Below are positions 25,070 through 38,231 of a stretch of DNA of 64,000 bases, one piece after another (positions within the stretch are counted from its first letter, which is position 1; every line of letters begins with the position of its first letter). Source of the stretch: Macrostomum lignano (Eukaryota); the NCBI GenBank assembly GCA_002269645.1, contig NIVC01001808.1, forward strand, positions 62,001 to 126,000, read 5' to 3'. The translations under genes and the position numbers were made by a program. The notes below the pieces were generated by a model. The model did no database searches. It saw only the letters and a program-made list of their open reading frames with translations, and was not told where the DNA came from.

Positions 25070-26473
25070 CTACAAGCCGGTGGCGGAGGCGGCTGCGGCT
25101 GTTGGTCGTCGCTGACTTCCGCAGCCGCCGGTAATTTCGCCGACGCCGCTGACGCCGCTGACGCCGCCGCCAGTGGTCGCGCCTCGGTGCCCCTGACGCC
25201 GTCCGCCGTGACAAAAGATTCGGTTTAGATCGTCGCGAAAGTTCTGATTCATGAAGCAGTAGATCAGCGGGTTCGTGGCGTGGGTCAGGTAGTACAGGTA
25301 GAACACCACGATGTGGAAGTCTACGAGGCCCTGCGACATCAGCGCGGCGGGCAGGAAGGTGCACACAAACACGATGGTGACTACGAACAGCATGGCCGCA
25401 GTCTTCAGGTTCTGCAGAGTGTCGCTGTCCTTAGTGAGCCGCAGCGACTTGCGCCGCCTCCTCAGCAGCTCCGTGGCCGACGTGGCATCGACGACGGCGT
25501 TGGCTGGCGCCGCCGCGTCCGGCAAAGCTTCGTCCGTCTTTTCGTCGCCTCCGTTGGGAACCTCCGGGTCTTCGCCCGGCTCGGCGAACCGAGCCGTCCG
25601 CCTGCCGCGCTGGCCATCGGCGGCCGGCTGGCTGGAAATCGACGCGTTCAGCAGTCGCCTGTCCTGCAGCTCGTTCGCCTCGTCCGGTTTCTTCTGCCTG
25701 CTCGGCTGTCGGTGGCCCTTCAGCTCGCGCCGCTTCCGCCGCATGGCCAGCACCGAGCGGTAGATGCTGATGTACAGCACGAACACCACCGCGATGCACA
25801 CGCAGAACAGCGACACGTGCACCTTCTGGAACACGTGGAAGAAGGCCAGGCTGGCGTCCGAAATGTTGAGCTCAGATGAGGAGTTCAAACTCTTCATATC
25901 GTTGATCTCCTTGCAGAAGCCGTACTCGGCGTACTGCCAGGTCCGGTTGGGGCCGAACTGGTCCACCACTCCGCTGCAGAACGCGGAGGTGGTGACGCCC
26001 AGGGTGACCGCCAGGCTGCCCAGAGCCAGGACAATCGCCCTGGCCCTGGGGATGGTGATGGCCCGAAGGAACGGCCGGCAGATGCAGAAGTACCTATCAA
26101 CAGCGATGGCCGTCATCAGCAGGCAGCTGAAGGGGAACTCGCTAGCGTTTAGCAGATAGTAGAGCTTGCACAGGAAGAAGTTCGTGCGAAACTTGACCGC
26201 CTCCATGCCGATGGTCATGGGGATGACCAGGACGCAGGCCACTGTGTCCGTGATGGCCAGCGACAAGATGAATATGTTGGCGGTCTGTCGGTCGCGCTTC
26301 TTTGAATACACGTACAGAACGACGCTGTTGCCCACGGAGCCGACCGCGATGATGGCCGCCATCACGGCGAAGGCGACATTGATCTGGAGCTCCGACACGC
26401 CCGACTGAGCCGACGACGGGGCCGCCGTGCCGTCTTCTGTTGCGTCGAGTTGTAGCGGGTCAACTGTCGACAT
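25070..26473 (-). CDS. Single-exon rhodopsin-family (class A) GPCR, probably a peptide-receptor-like orphan
   Basis: 467-aa ORF with seven hydrophobic segments: TM1 GN, TM2 LAITD, TM3 Cys (FLCKL) and DRY, a long ICL3, TM6 FVCTFLP and TM7 NPLIY. Confidence 0.93.
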   Translation of the reverse strand: MSTVDPLQLDATEDGTAAPSSAQSGVSELQINVAFAVMAAIIAVGSVGNSVVLYVYSKKRDRQTANIFILSLAITDTVACVLVIPMTIGMEAVKFRTNFFLCKLYYLLNASEFPFSCLLMTAIAVDRYFCICRPFLRAITIPRARAIVLALGSLAVTLGVTTSAFCSGVVDQFGPNRTWQYAEYGFCKEINDMKSLNSSSELNISDASLAFFHVFQKVHVSLFCVCIAVVFVLYISIYRSVLAMRRKRRELKGHRQPSRQKKPDEANELQDRRLLNASISSQPAADGQRGRRTARFAEPGEDPEVPNGGDEKTDEALPDAAAPANAVVDATSATELLRRRRKSLRLTKDSDTLQNLKTAAMLFVVTIVFVCTFLPAALMSQGLVDFHIVVFYLYYLTHATNPLIYCFMNQNFRDDLNRIFCHGGRRQGHRGATTGGGVSGVSGVGEITGGCGSQRRPTAAAASATGL

Positions 26474-26617
26474 CCTTCAAAGCTGGGGAGTCTGGATTGG
26501 AAATGGGGTTTGGATGAGTTGCTTGTAATTCAGCCAGCGGGTGTCTGGACACTCGCCAAGCTGTTGATCATCACAAGTTTCAGGACTGACGACTTTAACC
26601 AACGGGACGAGTTTAAT

Positions 26618-26940
26618 CCCTGACGAGTTTAAGCCCTGACGAGTTTAAGCTCTGACGAGTTTAAGCCCTGACGAGTTTAAGCTCTGACGAGTTTAAGCCC
26701 TGACGAGTTTAAGCCCTGACGAGTTTAAGCCCTGACGAGTTTAAGCCCTGACGAGTTGAAGCCCTGACGAGTTTAAGCCCTGACGAGTTTAAGCCCTGAC
26801 AAGTTTAAGCCCTGACGAGTTTAAGCCCTGACGAGTTTAATCCCTGACGAGTTTAATCCCTGACGAGTTCAATTCCTGACGAGTTTAATCCCTAACGAAT
26901 TTAAGCCCCCATGACGAGTTTAATCCCTGACGAGTTTAAG
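26618..26940. repeat. 16-bp minisatellite upstream of the GPCR
   Basis: Unit CTGACGAGTTTAAGCC. Confidence 0.95.
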
Positions 26941-28089
26941 CATCGGCTCATTTAATCAACTCAACTCGATTCCAAAGTAGCTCAAATATCGCTTCAAGTT
27001 CAGATTAAAAACCAGATTAAAAACAAGCAATTTAAGTGCCCAAATCTGAATTCGATACTCATAGCAATTTTTTCTAGCTAGTTTCAATTAAATGCCGACA
27101 TTCGACCCCTCCCTCCAAGTGGCTCGGCAGGTGAAACAGGAGCTGAGATAAAAAATTCAATCAGGGATTCTCCGCCCTCTGATCAGCCGTACGCCATGCC
27201 AAGATTGACATCCGTCTCGCACGACTCTGGCCGTCTCGAGAGCGCGTCAACGACATCATCTTCATGGGCCACTCATCGCCCGCCAACCCTTTTCCTCTGC
27301 CTCGACCCTTCATCACTTCCCGGGCGCTCATTAGAGAGCGCGACCAGCTGCCGGGTGTCTGCGAGAGTCTCTGCAGATAATGCCGGTGAAGGTTATTAAT
27401 CCCTCTCTCTCCAGGGGCTACAAACTGATAGGACAGGGAGGGGACGGATCTGTAGATCAAGTCAATCTAGTTACAATTAACCAACTTAGCGGAATGTGTC
27501 TGGGAATGACCGTTATGGTTTCTGAGCACAGAAAGGACAAAGGAATCGAAGGGCAGCTCAAAAGTCACACACGAGAGTTGAAGTTCGCTGAGACCTTGAC
27601 TCCTCTGTGCGGTTGACTGTTGATTTTGAGCAGGGTGGCGCATGGTTTGAGGATCCGTCTGAGCCAATATCCGCCCTCACCCCAAACAACCCCAAATTTC
27701 TTGCTTTTTGCACAAGAGAACAGCACTTTCTCCGGTAGCTATTGCCTAGAAACTGTTTGACAAGAAAAAACTTGTAGCTGCAGCCTTTTTTTGAGTCCGC
27801 TCTTAGCCTAGCGCGTACCTCATCGTAACTCAATAAAGCTGCATAAGAGAGGGGCCCTGATTAAAATCTGTCTCAAAAACATTCATTGTACTCACACACT
27901 AGGCTGTTACTATTGCATTCAAATTAGGTAACAATTCACTGCTCGATCGGTTATGAAAATGTTTCTTACCTGTCGAATCGGGATGATCATCTCAAGGTCA
28001 ATTCAAATCCTTCCAAGTCAAGCATTTGCATCCGATATGTATCGTAAATAACTTTTTACGTTGTGGATTTAAAAATTGACAAAAAACTA

Positions 28090-28184
28090 GCCAAAGATTG
28101 GGACTCGAACCAACGCCCGCTAAAAGCAGAGAGAGGTGATCATATTAACTACTAACTAGAAGTTCCGTCACTCAATCACTTGGC
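28090..28184 (-). pseudogene. Degenerate tRNA-like sequence (long variable arm type)
   Basis: Minus strand: 5' GCCAAG can pair with 3' TTTGGC; a GGTTCGAGTCCC T-loop and a CTGCT/AGCGG variable-arm-like stem are present. D and anticodon arms are not recognisable. Confidence 0.25.
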
Positions 28185-28884
28185 TGAGGTTTGTTTCAAG
28201 TTTTTCCTAGAAGTCTAGTGGAAGAATACGTTAGCAGGTCTTCGGGTCTCGGAGCGCGACGCCACTCAGATCCCCGATTCTCACCTGAGCGAATCCCCAA
28301 GAAAACTGCACTCCCACTCAACACATTCTGATCCCGCCAAATTTTCCCGTCTAATAGCATCGAAAGTCAGACTGGGGTGGGGCTGGGGGGGGTCTTTAGC
28401 CTCCCACAACCCCCGAGCAACCGAAAATTGGGCTGAAGATTAATTCCCAGCCTCCTCCGCCCCCTCCAGCTTCATCCATCATCTAACAGCTGGATTCGAA
28501 ACCGACTCTTACTGAACTAGCCGCGAAATTCTGTCTCTCAGCTTATTAAATTCCCTCAAGATTTCAAAATTTCCCACGCAGCTCGAACCCGGAAGCGCTT
28601 AATCCGCTGCTGGAGTTCTGCTGACGCGCTCAAATTATGGAATAGCAGTTTTGCGAAATTGAAGAGCTGCCTTTTCTGCTTTCATTTTTCTTGGGCTTCT
28701 GTCGTGCCGAGATGAGCCCCGGCACCCGTCTCTGGCCTGTTGGTGAGCGGAGCTGGCACTTCAGGCGTTTCCGCCGCTGTGTCCCTTTTTCCATGTCCCT
28801 TCCAGCGCTTTCTTTCTCCCCGTATCACTGTCTTGTGCGTATGGTGCACTGTCTTGAGTACCCTTTTCTCTGCCCCTTCTCTCA

Positions 28885-29490
28885 TCTCTGCCCCCCCACT
28901 CTCCCTCTCCCCCACATCCCTCTCTCCCTCTCTCCTTCTCTCCATATCTGCTTATCTCCTTCTCTCCCTCTCTCCATATCTCCTTATCTCCCTCTCTCCT
29001 TCTCTCCCTCTCTCCATATCTCCTTATCTCCCTCTCTCCATATCTCCTTATCTCCCTCTCTCCCTCTCTCCCTCTCTCCATATCTCCTTATCTCCTTCTC
29101 TCCCTCTCTCCATATCTCCTTATCCCCCTCTCTCCCTCTCCCTTTCTCCTTCTCTCCATATCTCCTTATCTCCCTCTCTCCTCTCTCCATATCTCCTTGT
29201 CTCCCTCTCTCCTTCTCTCCATATCTCCTTATCTCCCTCTCTCCTCTCTCCATATCTCCTTATCTCCCTCTCTCCTCTCTCCATATCTCCTTGTCTCCCT
29301 CTCTCCTTCTCTCCTTGTCTCCTTATCTCCCTCTCTCCCTCTCCCTTTCTCCTTCTCTCCATATCTCCCTATCTCCGTCTCTCCCTCTCTCTCCCCCTTC
29401 CCCTCTCTCCCTTACTCCCTCACTCCCTCCTTCCATATCTCCCTCTCTCTCTTTCCCTCTCTCCCTCTCTACTTCTCTCCCTCTCTCTCT
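28885..29490. repeat. Polypyrimidine low-complexity repeat
   Basis: CTCTCCATATCTCCTTATCTCC-like units. Confidence 0.9.
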
Positions 29491-29884
29491 GCCCATTTCA
29501 CTATCATTAAGGAAGCATATTAAGCTAAAATGGCTAAAGAATACCGCATCGCATCCTCCTATTCGCAGGATAAATTTTGAAAAAGTACAGCGATTTCACA
29601 CCGCACACGCTTGAAGAAGAAATTTACAATTGGAACATTTTTTTAATTCTTCACAGCCATTTCTGGGTGCAGTTGAACACGTTTTGTTGTTTTGTTTCAC
29701 TGACAGGGAAGGCTGTCAGAGAGAATGTATTGGGTGAAACTGAGGCCATATGAAGGCTTTGTAGAGCTGTTGGGAGAAAGCAAGACGCACGAGGCAACAG
29801 TTGAAGGGAAGTTTCAATGTATCGAGATGGCATTTGACTTGCCTACAAATTCGCTTGCAAAAATTATCTTCCAATAAAAGATGG

Positions 29885-30420
29885 GAGAGAGACAGACAGA
29901 AGGGTAGAGGAAGACAGACAGATGGGTAGAGGGAGACAGAGGGTTAGAGGGAGACAGACAGAGAGTTATAGGGAGACAGACAGAGGGCTAGAGGGAGACA
30001 GAGGGTTAGAGGGGGACAGAGAGTTAGAAGGAGACAGACAGAGGTTAGAGGGAGACAGACAGAGGTTAGAGGGAGACAGAGGGTTAGAAGGAGACAGACA
30101 GAGGTTAGAGGGAGACAAACAGAGGTTAGAGGGAGACAGACAGAGGTTAGAGGGAGACAAACAGAGGTTAGAGGGAGACAGACAGAGGGTTAGAGGGAGA
30201 CGGACAGAGGGGTAGAGGGAGACAGAGAGGGGTAGAGGGAGACAGACAGAGGTTAGAGGGAGACAGAAGGTTAGAAGGAGACAGACAGAGGTTAGAGGGA
30301 GACAAACAGAGGTTAGAGGGAGACAGACAGAGGGTTAGAGGGAGACGGACAGAGGGGTAGAGGGAGACAGACAGAGGGGTAGAGGGAGACAGACAGAGGG
30401 GTAGAGGGAGGCGGACAGGG
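29885..30420. repeat. Polypurine low-complexity repeat
   Basis: GGAGACAGACAGAGGTTAGAG-like units. Confidence 0.9.
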
Positions 30421-30875
30421 GTATAAGGAGAGTCCTATGAGGCATGAAACAAAGACCTTAGCAACAAATCCCAACTGTGCAAAGATTCAACTCAGTCAAA
30501 CTGAGCACCCTCTCCGCTTTCCATACCCATCATCGGAGAGGCTGGCATAAAAAGAAAATTTTATAGCCGAAAAAAAGTGGCTAAATATTTGATGAAGGCA
30601 AGTTATCATCGGGATGAGTCCAGAGATGAGAATCTTACGGGCTGGTCGCATGTGGAGCGAAGGCTGTTGGAACCAATATATTGCTGCTTCTGTAGAAGCA
30701 GATCCGGGCAGAAGCCCTGATTAGAACTGCAGACTTCTCAATCCCTTTTTTGTCAGCTGGGAGTCCTGAATTTTTTATCTAGATATTTTTCCCAGTTTCT
30801 ACCAATGTCTGCAATCGAGCGGCATCAGCAAGAAAAGTGCAAAATGGCTGACTGACCCAGCAATCCAATCTCATT

Positions 30876-31570
30876 ATGGATTCTGCAGATCTCACACTGG
30901 ATTCTGTAGATCTCACGCTGCATTCTGCAGATCTCACACAGCATTCTGCAGATCTCACACAGCATTCTGCAGATCTCAAACTGCATTCTGCAGATATCAC
31001 ACTGGATTCTGTAGATCTCACGCTGCATTCTGCAGATCTCACACAGCATTCTGCAGATCTCACACTGCATTCTGCAGATCTCACACTTGGATTCTGCAGA
31101 TCTCACACTGCATTCTGCAGATCTCACGCTGCATTCTGCAGATCTCACACAGCATTCTGCAGATCTCACACAGCATTCTGCAGATCTCACACAGCATTCT
31201 GCAGATCTCAAACTGCATTCTGCAGATATCACACAGCATTCTGCAGATCTCACACAGCATTCTGCAGATCTCACGCTGGATTCTGTAGATCTCACTCTTT
31301 CATGATGCAGATCTCACACTGCATTCTGCAGATCTCACACTGCATTCTGCAGATCTCACGCTGCATTCTGCAGATCTCACACAGCATTCTGCAGATCTCA
31401 CACAGCATTCTGCAGATCTCAAACTGCATTCTGCAGATATCACACAGCATTCTGCAGATCTCACACAGCATTCTGCAGATCTCAAACTGCATTCTGCAGA
31501 TATCACACAGCATTCTGCAGATCTCACACTGCATTCTGCAGATCTCACGCTGCATTCTGCAGATCTCACA
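30876..31570. repeat. 21-bp minisatellite
   Basis: Unit GCATTCTGCAGATCTCACACA. Confidence 0.95.
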
Positions 31571-32064
31571 TAGATTTACGACTATGAGCGCTGGCTCAGC
31601 GGCTCGTGAGCAATGATCTCACAGCCCTGATCCGTTCCCAAATCGAGCTAATTAATCATGTCGAATGCAAAAAACATGGCAACCCCAGACTTAATAATAA
31701 CAGTAAGCTTGTTGTCAGAAAATAGCTCTTAAGCTTTAGTCTCTGAGCTGCTCCACTAAGCTTGAGTAATTTTTTGAGGCATGGCCACATGGTCAGAAAT
31801 ATCAGATAATGTTTGTTAACTCCCTGATTACTCATTGGAAGACAGACAGACTGCACGCAAACACTCAGAGATTTTTTGCCAGCTGAAGAAGACACCGTCT
31901 AGTTTTCGAAAGGATTGGAGAAACCGCTTGTGAAAAATTGCTGTCAACAAGATCTGCAACAACTGCTGCAGACTTGCGCAGAAGAAAAGAAAACAACGAT
32001 TGTTGCTTAGAAACAATGAATACAATGCGAAATGCTAGCAGCTATGGCATAATTCATTTAGTTT

Positions 32065-32662
32065 CAGGCTAATCTTTCAGGTAGCTTCAGGCTAATCTTT
32101 CAGGTAGCTTCAGGCTAATCTTTCGGGTAGCTTCAGGCTAATCTTTCAGGTAGCTTCAGGCTAATCTTTCAGGTAGCTTCAGGCTAATCTTTCGGGTAGC
32201 TTCAGGCTAATCTTTCAGGTAGCTTCAGGTAGCTACTACACTCTCATCTGATCCTTCAGGTAGCTACTACACTCTCTCATCTGATCCTTCAGGTAGCTGC
32301 TACACTCTCTCATCTGATCCTTCAGGTAGCTGCTACACTCTCTCATCTGATCCTTCAGGTAGCTACTACACTCTCATCTGATCCTTCAGGTAGCTACTAC
32401 ACTCTCATCTGATCCTTCAGGTAGCTACTACACTCTCATCTGATCCTTCAGGTAGCTACTACACTCTCATCTGATCCTTCAGGTAGCTACTACACTCTCT
32501 CATCTGATCCTTCAGGTAGCTGCTACACTCTCTCATCTGATCCTTCAGGTAGCTGCTACACTCTCTCATCTGATCCTTCAGGTAGCTACTACACTCTCTC
32601 ATCTGATCCTTCAGGTAGCTACTACACTCTCTCATCTGATCCTTCAGGTAGCTGCTACACTC
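32065..32662. repeat. Compound minisatellite (23-bp then 31/33-bp units)
   Basis: CAGGCTAATCTTTCAGGTAGCTT switching to CTACACTCTCTCATCTGATCCTTCAGGTAGCTG; the two units share TTCAGGTAGCT. Confidence 0.9.
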
Positions 32663-33854
32663 TGTTTTGCTGCATTCAATTCCTTCACCGGATCTCTGAA
32701 TCCCGAAAGAAAAAAGTCCAGTTCTGCCGCGTGGCGAGAAGAGAAAGTTGAGTGGCCAGTAACTGAGAGCAGGATTGGAGTTCAAGTTTTCCCGCAGAGT
32801 TCGCGGGTAAGCGAAGTTCAAGTTAATTTCTTTGGCCCGATCGCTGCCCCCCCCCCCTCTCTGCTTTCTCACTTTCGGCTCTCGCTGATGGTTGATGACA
32901 TTTCTCAGAAAATAGATTGGGTCCCCCGGGGTCGGGCGCAGCAGATTACGCTAGAAGTGAAGAACGAAGCCGCTGGGTCTGGGAGAGCTTGAGTTTGGTG
33001 GCTTCCATCCGAGTTCGGGAAGTTGCAGAAGTCAAGGTTTGGTCTGTGCCGGTAGCTGTCGGGAGGTCAGGCCCGTATTCGTATGGAGAAGGGTCCTGCG
33101 TTCTCACTCCATTCGAGGCGAGCGTCGCCCCCGGGCCTCGGAAATGCTAGCTCGGAGTCCCTTCGGCTCAGTCTGATTAAAAATCAATAAATTCTCCCAG
33201 CTTATTCGAAGCCCTTGCCGTCCTTGCAACTGTCAGTCTGTCTGCGTGACTCTCATATTGAGACTCGCGTCTATTCAGTTAGAAAGTGCGTCGGCGACAG
33301 AGGCTCCGAGATGGTGCCGGTAATTGAGTGGCCTTTAGAAGTGCAAAAACTGTTATTGCTACTGGCAGACGAACTTTTCCTAGCCTTGTAGTCATTATGC
33401 TAATTAGTGCACGCTAACAAAGTACAAAAAGCAAATCAGATTTCAACTTACCGAATTCTGTTATTTCCGAAGAACCAACTAGAGCTGAGTTGCGTCCGTC
33501 GGATCACTGTTTAGCTCAGCTCTATTGCTATTTATGTTAACAACCGAAGTCGCCTCTCATTGGCTGACTACCGCTGAATCCCTTCTGACTCCCTGCCATT
33601 GACTGTCGGCGAATGGAGATCGAGTTTCTCCATCCTAATTATCATAATTAATTAACCCGGATCTATTGAGATCTTTCTATTTTATTCCAGCATAATAATT
33701 CATCAATATTGTTGGTAGCCAGAAAAAAACATCCGGGGCTCGTCTACCGACCATGCGATGAACTGCATGCGGTCGCCACTCACCCAAACGCGACAATGAC
33801 CATGCAGTCTGGTCGAGAGTATGACACACGGCCCGGCTTAGCAAACTGGAGGGC

Positions 33855-36245
33855 ACTGAGCTACATGATAAGGTGGGTTAAGCGTGCGACAGTGCGGGAC
33901 TGTCTCTAGCAAGCTTGGACACTGAGCTACATGATGAGGTGGGTTAAGCGTGCGACAGTGCAGGACTGTCTCTAGCAAGCTTGGACACTGAGCTACATGA
34001 TGAGGTGGGTTAAGCGTGCGACAGTGCAGGACTGTCTCTAGCAAGCTTGGACACTGAGCTACATGATGAGGTGGGTTAAGCGTGCGACAGTGCGGGACTG
34101 TCTCTAGCAAGCTTGGACACTGAGCTACATGATAAGGTGGGTTAAGCGTGCGACAGTGCACGACTGTCTCTAGCAAGCTTGGACACTGAGCTACATGATG
34201 AGGTGGGTTAAGCGTGCGACAGTGCACGACTGTCTCTAGCAAGCTTGGACACTGAGCTACATGATGAGGTGGGTTAAGCGTGCGACAGTGCACGACTGTC
34301 TCTAGCAAGCTTGGACACTGAGCTACATGATGAGGTGGGTTAAGCGTGCGACAGTGCGGGACTGTCTCTAGCAAGCTTGGACACTGAGCTACATGAGGTG
34401 GGTTAAGCGTGCGACAGTGCAGGACTGTCTCTAGCAAGCTTGGACACTGAGCTACATGAGGTGGGTTAAGCGTGCGACAGTGCAGGACTGTCTCTAGCAA
34501 GCTTGGACACTGAGCTACATGATGAGGTGGGTTAAGCGTGCGACAGTGCGGGACTGTCTCTAGCAAGCTTGGACACTGAGCTACATGAGGTGGGTTAAGC
34601 GTGCGACAGTGCAGGACTGTCTCTAGCAAGCTTGGACACTGAGCTACATGATGAGGTGGGTTAAGCGTGCGACAGTGCAGGACTGTCTCTAGCAAGCTTG
34701 GACACTGAGCTACATGATGAGGTGGATTAAGCGTGCGACAGTGCACGACTGTCTCTAGCAAGCTTGGACACTGAGCTACATGATAAGGTGGGTTAAGCGT
34801 GCGACAGTGCGGGACTGTCTCTAGCAAGCTTGGACACTGAGCTACATGAGGTGGGTTAAGCGTGCGACAGTGCACGACTGTCTCTAGCAAGCTTGGACAC
34901 TGAGCTACATGATGAGGTGGGTTAAGCGTGCGACAGTGCAGGACTGTCTCTAGCAAGCTTGGACACTGAGCTACATGATGAGGTGGGTTAAGCGTGCGAC
35001 AGTGCAGGACTGTCTCTAGCAAGCTTGGACACTGAGCTACATGAGGTGGGTTAAGCGTGCGACAGTGCAGGACTGTCTCTAGCAAGCTTGGACACTGAGC
35101 TACATGATGAGGTGGGTTAAGCGTGCGACAGTGCGGGACTGTCTCTAGCAAGCTTGGACACTGAGCTACATGATGAGGTGGGTTAAGCGTGCGACAGTGC
35201 ACGACTGTCTCTAGCAAGCTTGGACACTGAGCTACATGATGAGGTGGGTTAAGCGTGCGACAGTGCGGGACTGTCTCTAGCAAGCTTGGACACTGAGCTA
35301 CATGATGAGGTGGGTTAAGCGTGCGACAGTGCACGACTGTCTCTAGCAAGCTTGGACACTGAGCTACATGATGAGGTGGGTTAAGCGTGCGACAGTGCAC
35401 GACTGTCTCTAGCAAGCTTGGACACTGAGCTACATGATGAGGTGGGTTAAGCGTGCAACAGTGCGGGACTGTCTCTAGCAAGCTTGGACACTGAGCTACA
35501 TGAGGTGGGTTAAGCGTGCGACAGTGCAGGACTGTCTCTAGCAAGCTTGGACACTGAGCTACATGATGAGGTGGGTTAAGCGTGCGACAGTGCACGACTG
35601 TCTCTAGCAAGCTTGGACACTGAGCTACATGATGAGGTGGGTTAAGCGTGCGACAGTGCGGGACTGTCTCTAGCAAGCTTGGACACTGAGCTACATGATA
35701 AGGTGGGTTAAGCGTGCGACAGTGCACGACTGTCTCTAGCAAGCTTGGACACTGAGCTACATGATGAGGTGGGTTAAGCGTGCGACAGTGCAGGACTGTC
35801 TCTAGCAAGCTTGGACACTGAGCTACATGATGAGGTGGGTTAAGCGTGCGACAGTGCAGGACTGTCTCTAGCAAGCTTGGACACTGAGCTACATGATGAG
35901 GTGGGTTAAGCGTGCGACAGTGCAGGACTGTCTCTAGCAAGCTTGGACACTGAGCTACATGATGAGGTGGGTTAAGCGTGCGACAGTGCACGAATGTCTC
36001 TAGCAAGCTTGGACACTGAGCTACATGATGAGGTGGGTTAAGCGTGCGACAGTGCAGGACTGTCTCTAGCAAGCTTGGACACTGAGCTACATGATGAGGT
36101 GGGTTAAGCGTGCGACAGTGCACGAATGTCTCTAGCAAGCTTGGACACTGAGCTACATGATGAGGTGGGTTAAGCGTGCGACAGTGCACGACTGTCTCTA
36201 GCAAGCTTGGACACTGAGCTACGTGATGAGGTGGGTTAAGCGTGT
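33855..36245. repeat. 66/63-bp tandem array (~36 copies)
   Basis: Unit GCAAGCTTGGACACTGAGCTACATGATGAGGTGGGTTAAGCGTGCGACAGTGCAGGACTGTCTCTA. Confidence 0.97.
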
Positions 36246-37089
36246 TCGTGCATCTTGAGAGAAATGAAGGTCACGTGCGAGTTTTGAACTTTCGATACTT
36301 TAGCTACGTTCATCGGAGAGTATTGGAATTGATGGGTCAAATTTTGGAATCCCACATTAGTACCTCAATGAGGCAGCAGGCGGGTGGATAAGCGATCACC
36401 CACCTTACCAACCGGCTGCTGCCCTATCCAGTGCATTTAGGTCCAAAGTGGTCCCCGGCCTGCACAAAGAGAAATTATTCTGCTATACTTTGAACTGTGC
36501 GGCTACATTCGCTTACAGGAGGACGGCTTGGGTGCATGGGATGGGGGCAGCATATCCCCTAAGTCCCCTTCGGCTAGCAAAAGAGAAGGGCTTGAAAGGC
36601 AAAGCGCTGCCCTCCCGATCCCCATTTGCGGACTTGTCTCTAGCCTTAGCTCTCAGCTACAATGCTGAAGTCTACAATGCACTAACAATGCGGCTATGCT
36701 ATCCGCGATGCTTGAAGCTGACGGGGCAGAAGCTCAGACTCTGCAGCGATTTCCCCGTAGTCAGTTATCAATTCTTTGTGCCTAAGCTGGGAACTCGTCT
36801 ATAGATACATGGTAGGGGAACCTGAGCGGCTGTAGTCAATTTGGCTTTTGATATTATACCTTCATATAACAAAGCATTCCCGTCTATCCATATTATTAAG
36901 CATCAATTTTTTAGTTTGACTACTGATGTTCCTTGACAGAAAAATGGTCAAAAGATGAGAGCGAGTCACGCTAGATACTAGCGTAAAAGAAATTTTTTGC
37001 TGTCTTTTTGGTCTGCCTCGAGGTATCCGTACGACTGAAATCTAGCTGATTTCCAAACAAGCCAAGGTCTGCTCTTCTTTGCTAAGTCA

Positions 37090-37620
37090 TTTTCTCTCTT
37101 CCGGTTCCCTCACTCCTCGCTTCCCTTTCCCATCCTCTTTGCTTGCCTTTCCCATCCTCTTCGCTTGCCTTTCCCATCCTCTTCGCTTCCATCTCCTTGT
37201 TCCCCTCGTATTTCATGCTCATCTCTTACTATCTCTAACATTACATTTCTCATCTTAAATCTCCCATCTCCCATCTCTCATTTCCCTTCCCCCTTCTCCC
37301 TTCTCCCATCTCCAATCTCCCATCACCCATCTCCCATCTCCCATCTCCCATCTCCCATCTCCATTCTCCCCTCTCACAACTCCCATCTCCCAACTCCAAT
37401 CTCTCATCTCCCATCTCCCCTCTCACAACTCCAATCTCCCATCAGCCATCTCTCATCTCCCCTCTCCTATCTCCCATCTCCCATCACCCATCTCCCATCT
37501 CCCATCTCGCATCTCCCCTCTCACAGCTCCCATCTTTCCTCTCCGATCTTCCATCTCCCACCTTCCATCTCCCACCTTCCATCTCCCACCTCTCACCTCC
37601 CCCCCCTTACCTCAGCTCCC
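37090..37620. repeat. Polypyrimidine (CTCCCAT)-like repeat
   Basis: Directly visible. Confidence 0.85.
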
Positions 37621-38231
37621 CTTTTCCCCAACACTCAGTCCTCAAAAAAATCTCCCCGAACCCAAACATCATTTGCATCTGCTCACTCTAAACTGCCACA
37701 CAGTTCGTAGCTGTCCAGCCCCTCCAGCTCCGTGCCGCAGCTTCAATTTCATCTTCATCACCGATCTATCAAGGTCTCTTAAACACGCGAGAGGACTCTC
37801 TACGGTAAAGAAAACAAAACAAAACACACGCAAAATCTCGGGGGGGGCGGCTTTCTTTTAGCAATAATTTCTAGCCGAATTAATTTGTCCATCTTGCATC
37901 GATGAGCGGCCGCTAGTAGCGGCCCGATCAGAAAGCCGCTTGGCTGGTTTCCGGGGCAAATAACAGATCGGCTCGCCTAGGGACCGGACAGGCCATTCAA
38001 TTATCTATCGGGGGGGGGGCTGTTCAGAATTTGTGTAATAAAGCTGCGGCGGTTTTAGAGTGGCACCCTTGACCCGGCCTGGCTCGGTTTGTGTCCGCTG
38101 ATTCTCTCTTATGCAAGCACGGTCAAAGATAAATAGGAACGATTGCGTCCTGCTGCTTTTGCTGGCTGGGGTAACTCCCTCCATGGGGATAAAATTTTGG
38201 TTCCTCTTGTTCAACCCTTAGCCTCCCTATT

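Noticed and set aside
33855-36245. CRISPR-like array
   Set aside because: Contiguous near-identical units with no unique spacers, no cas genes, and a eukaryotic context.
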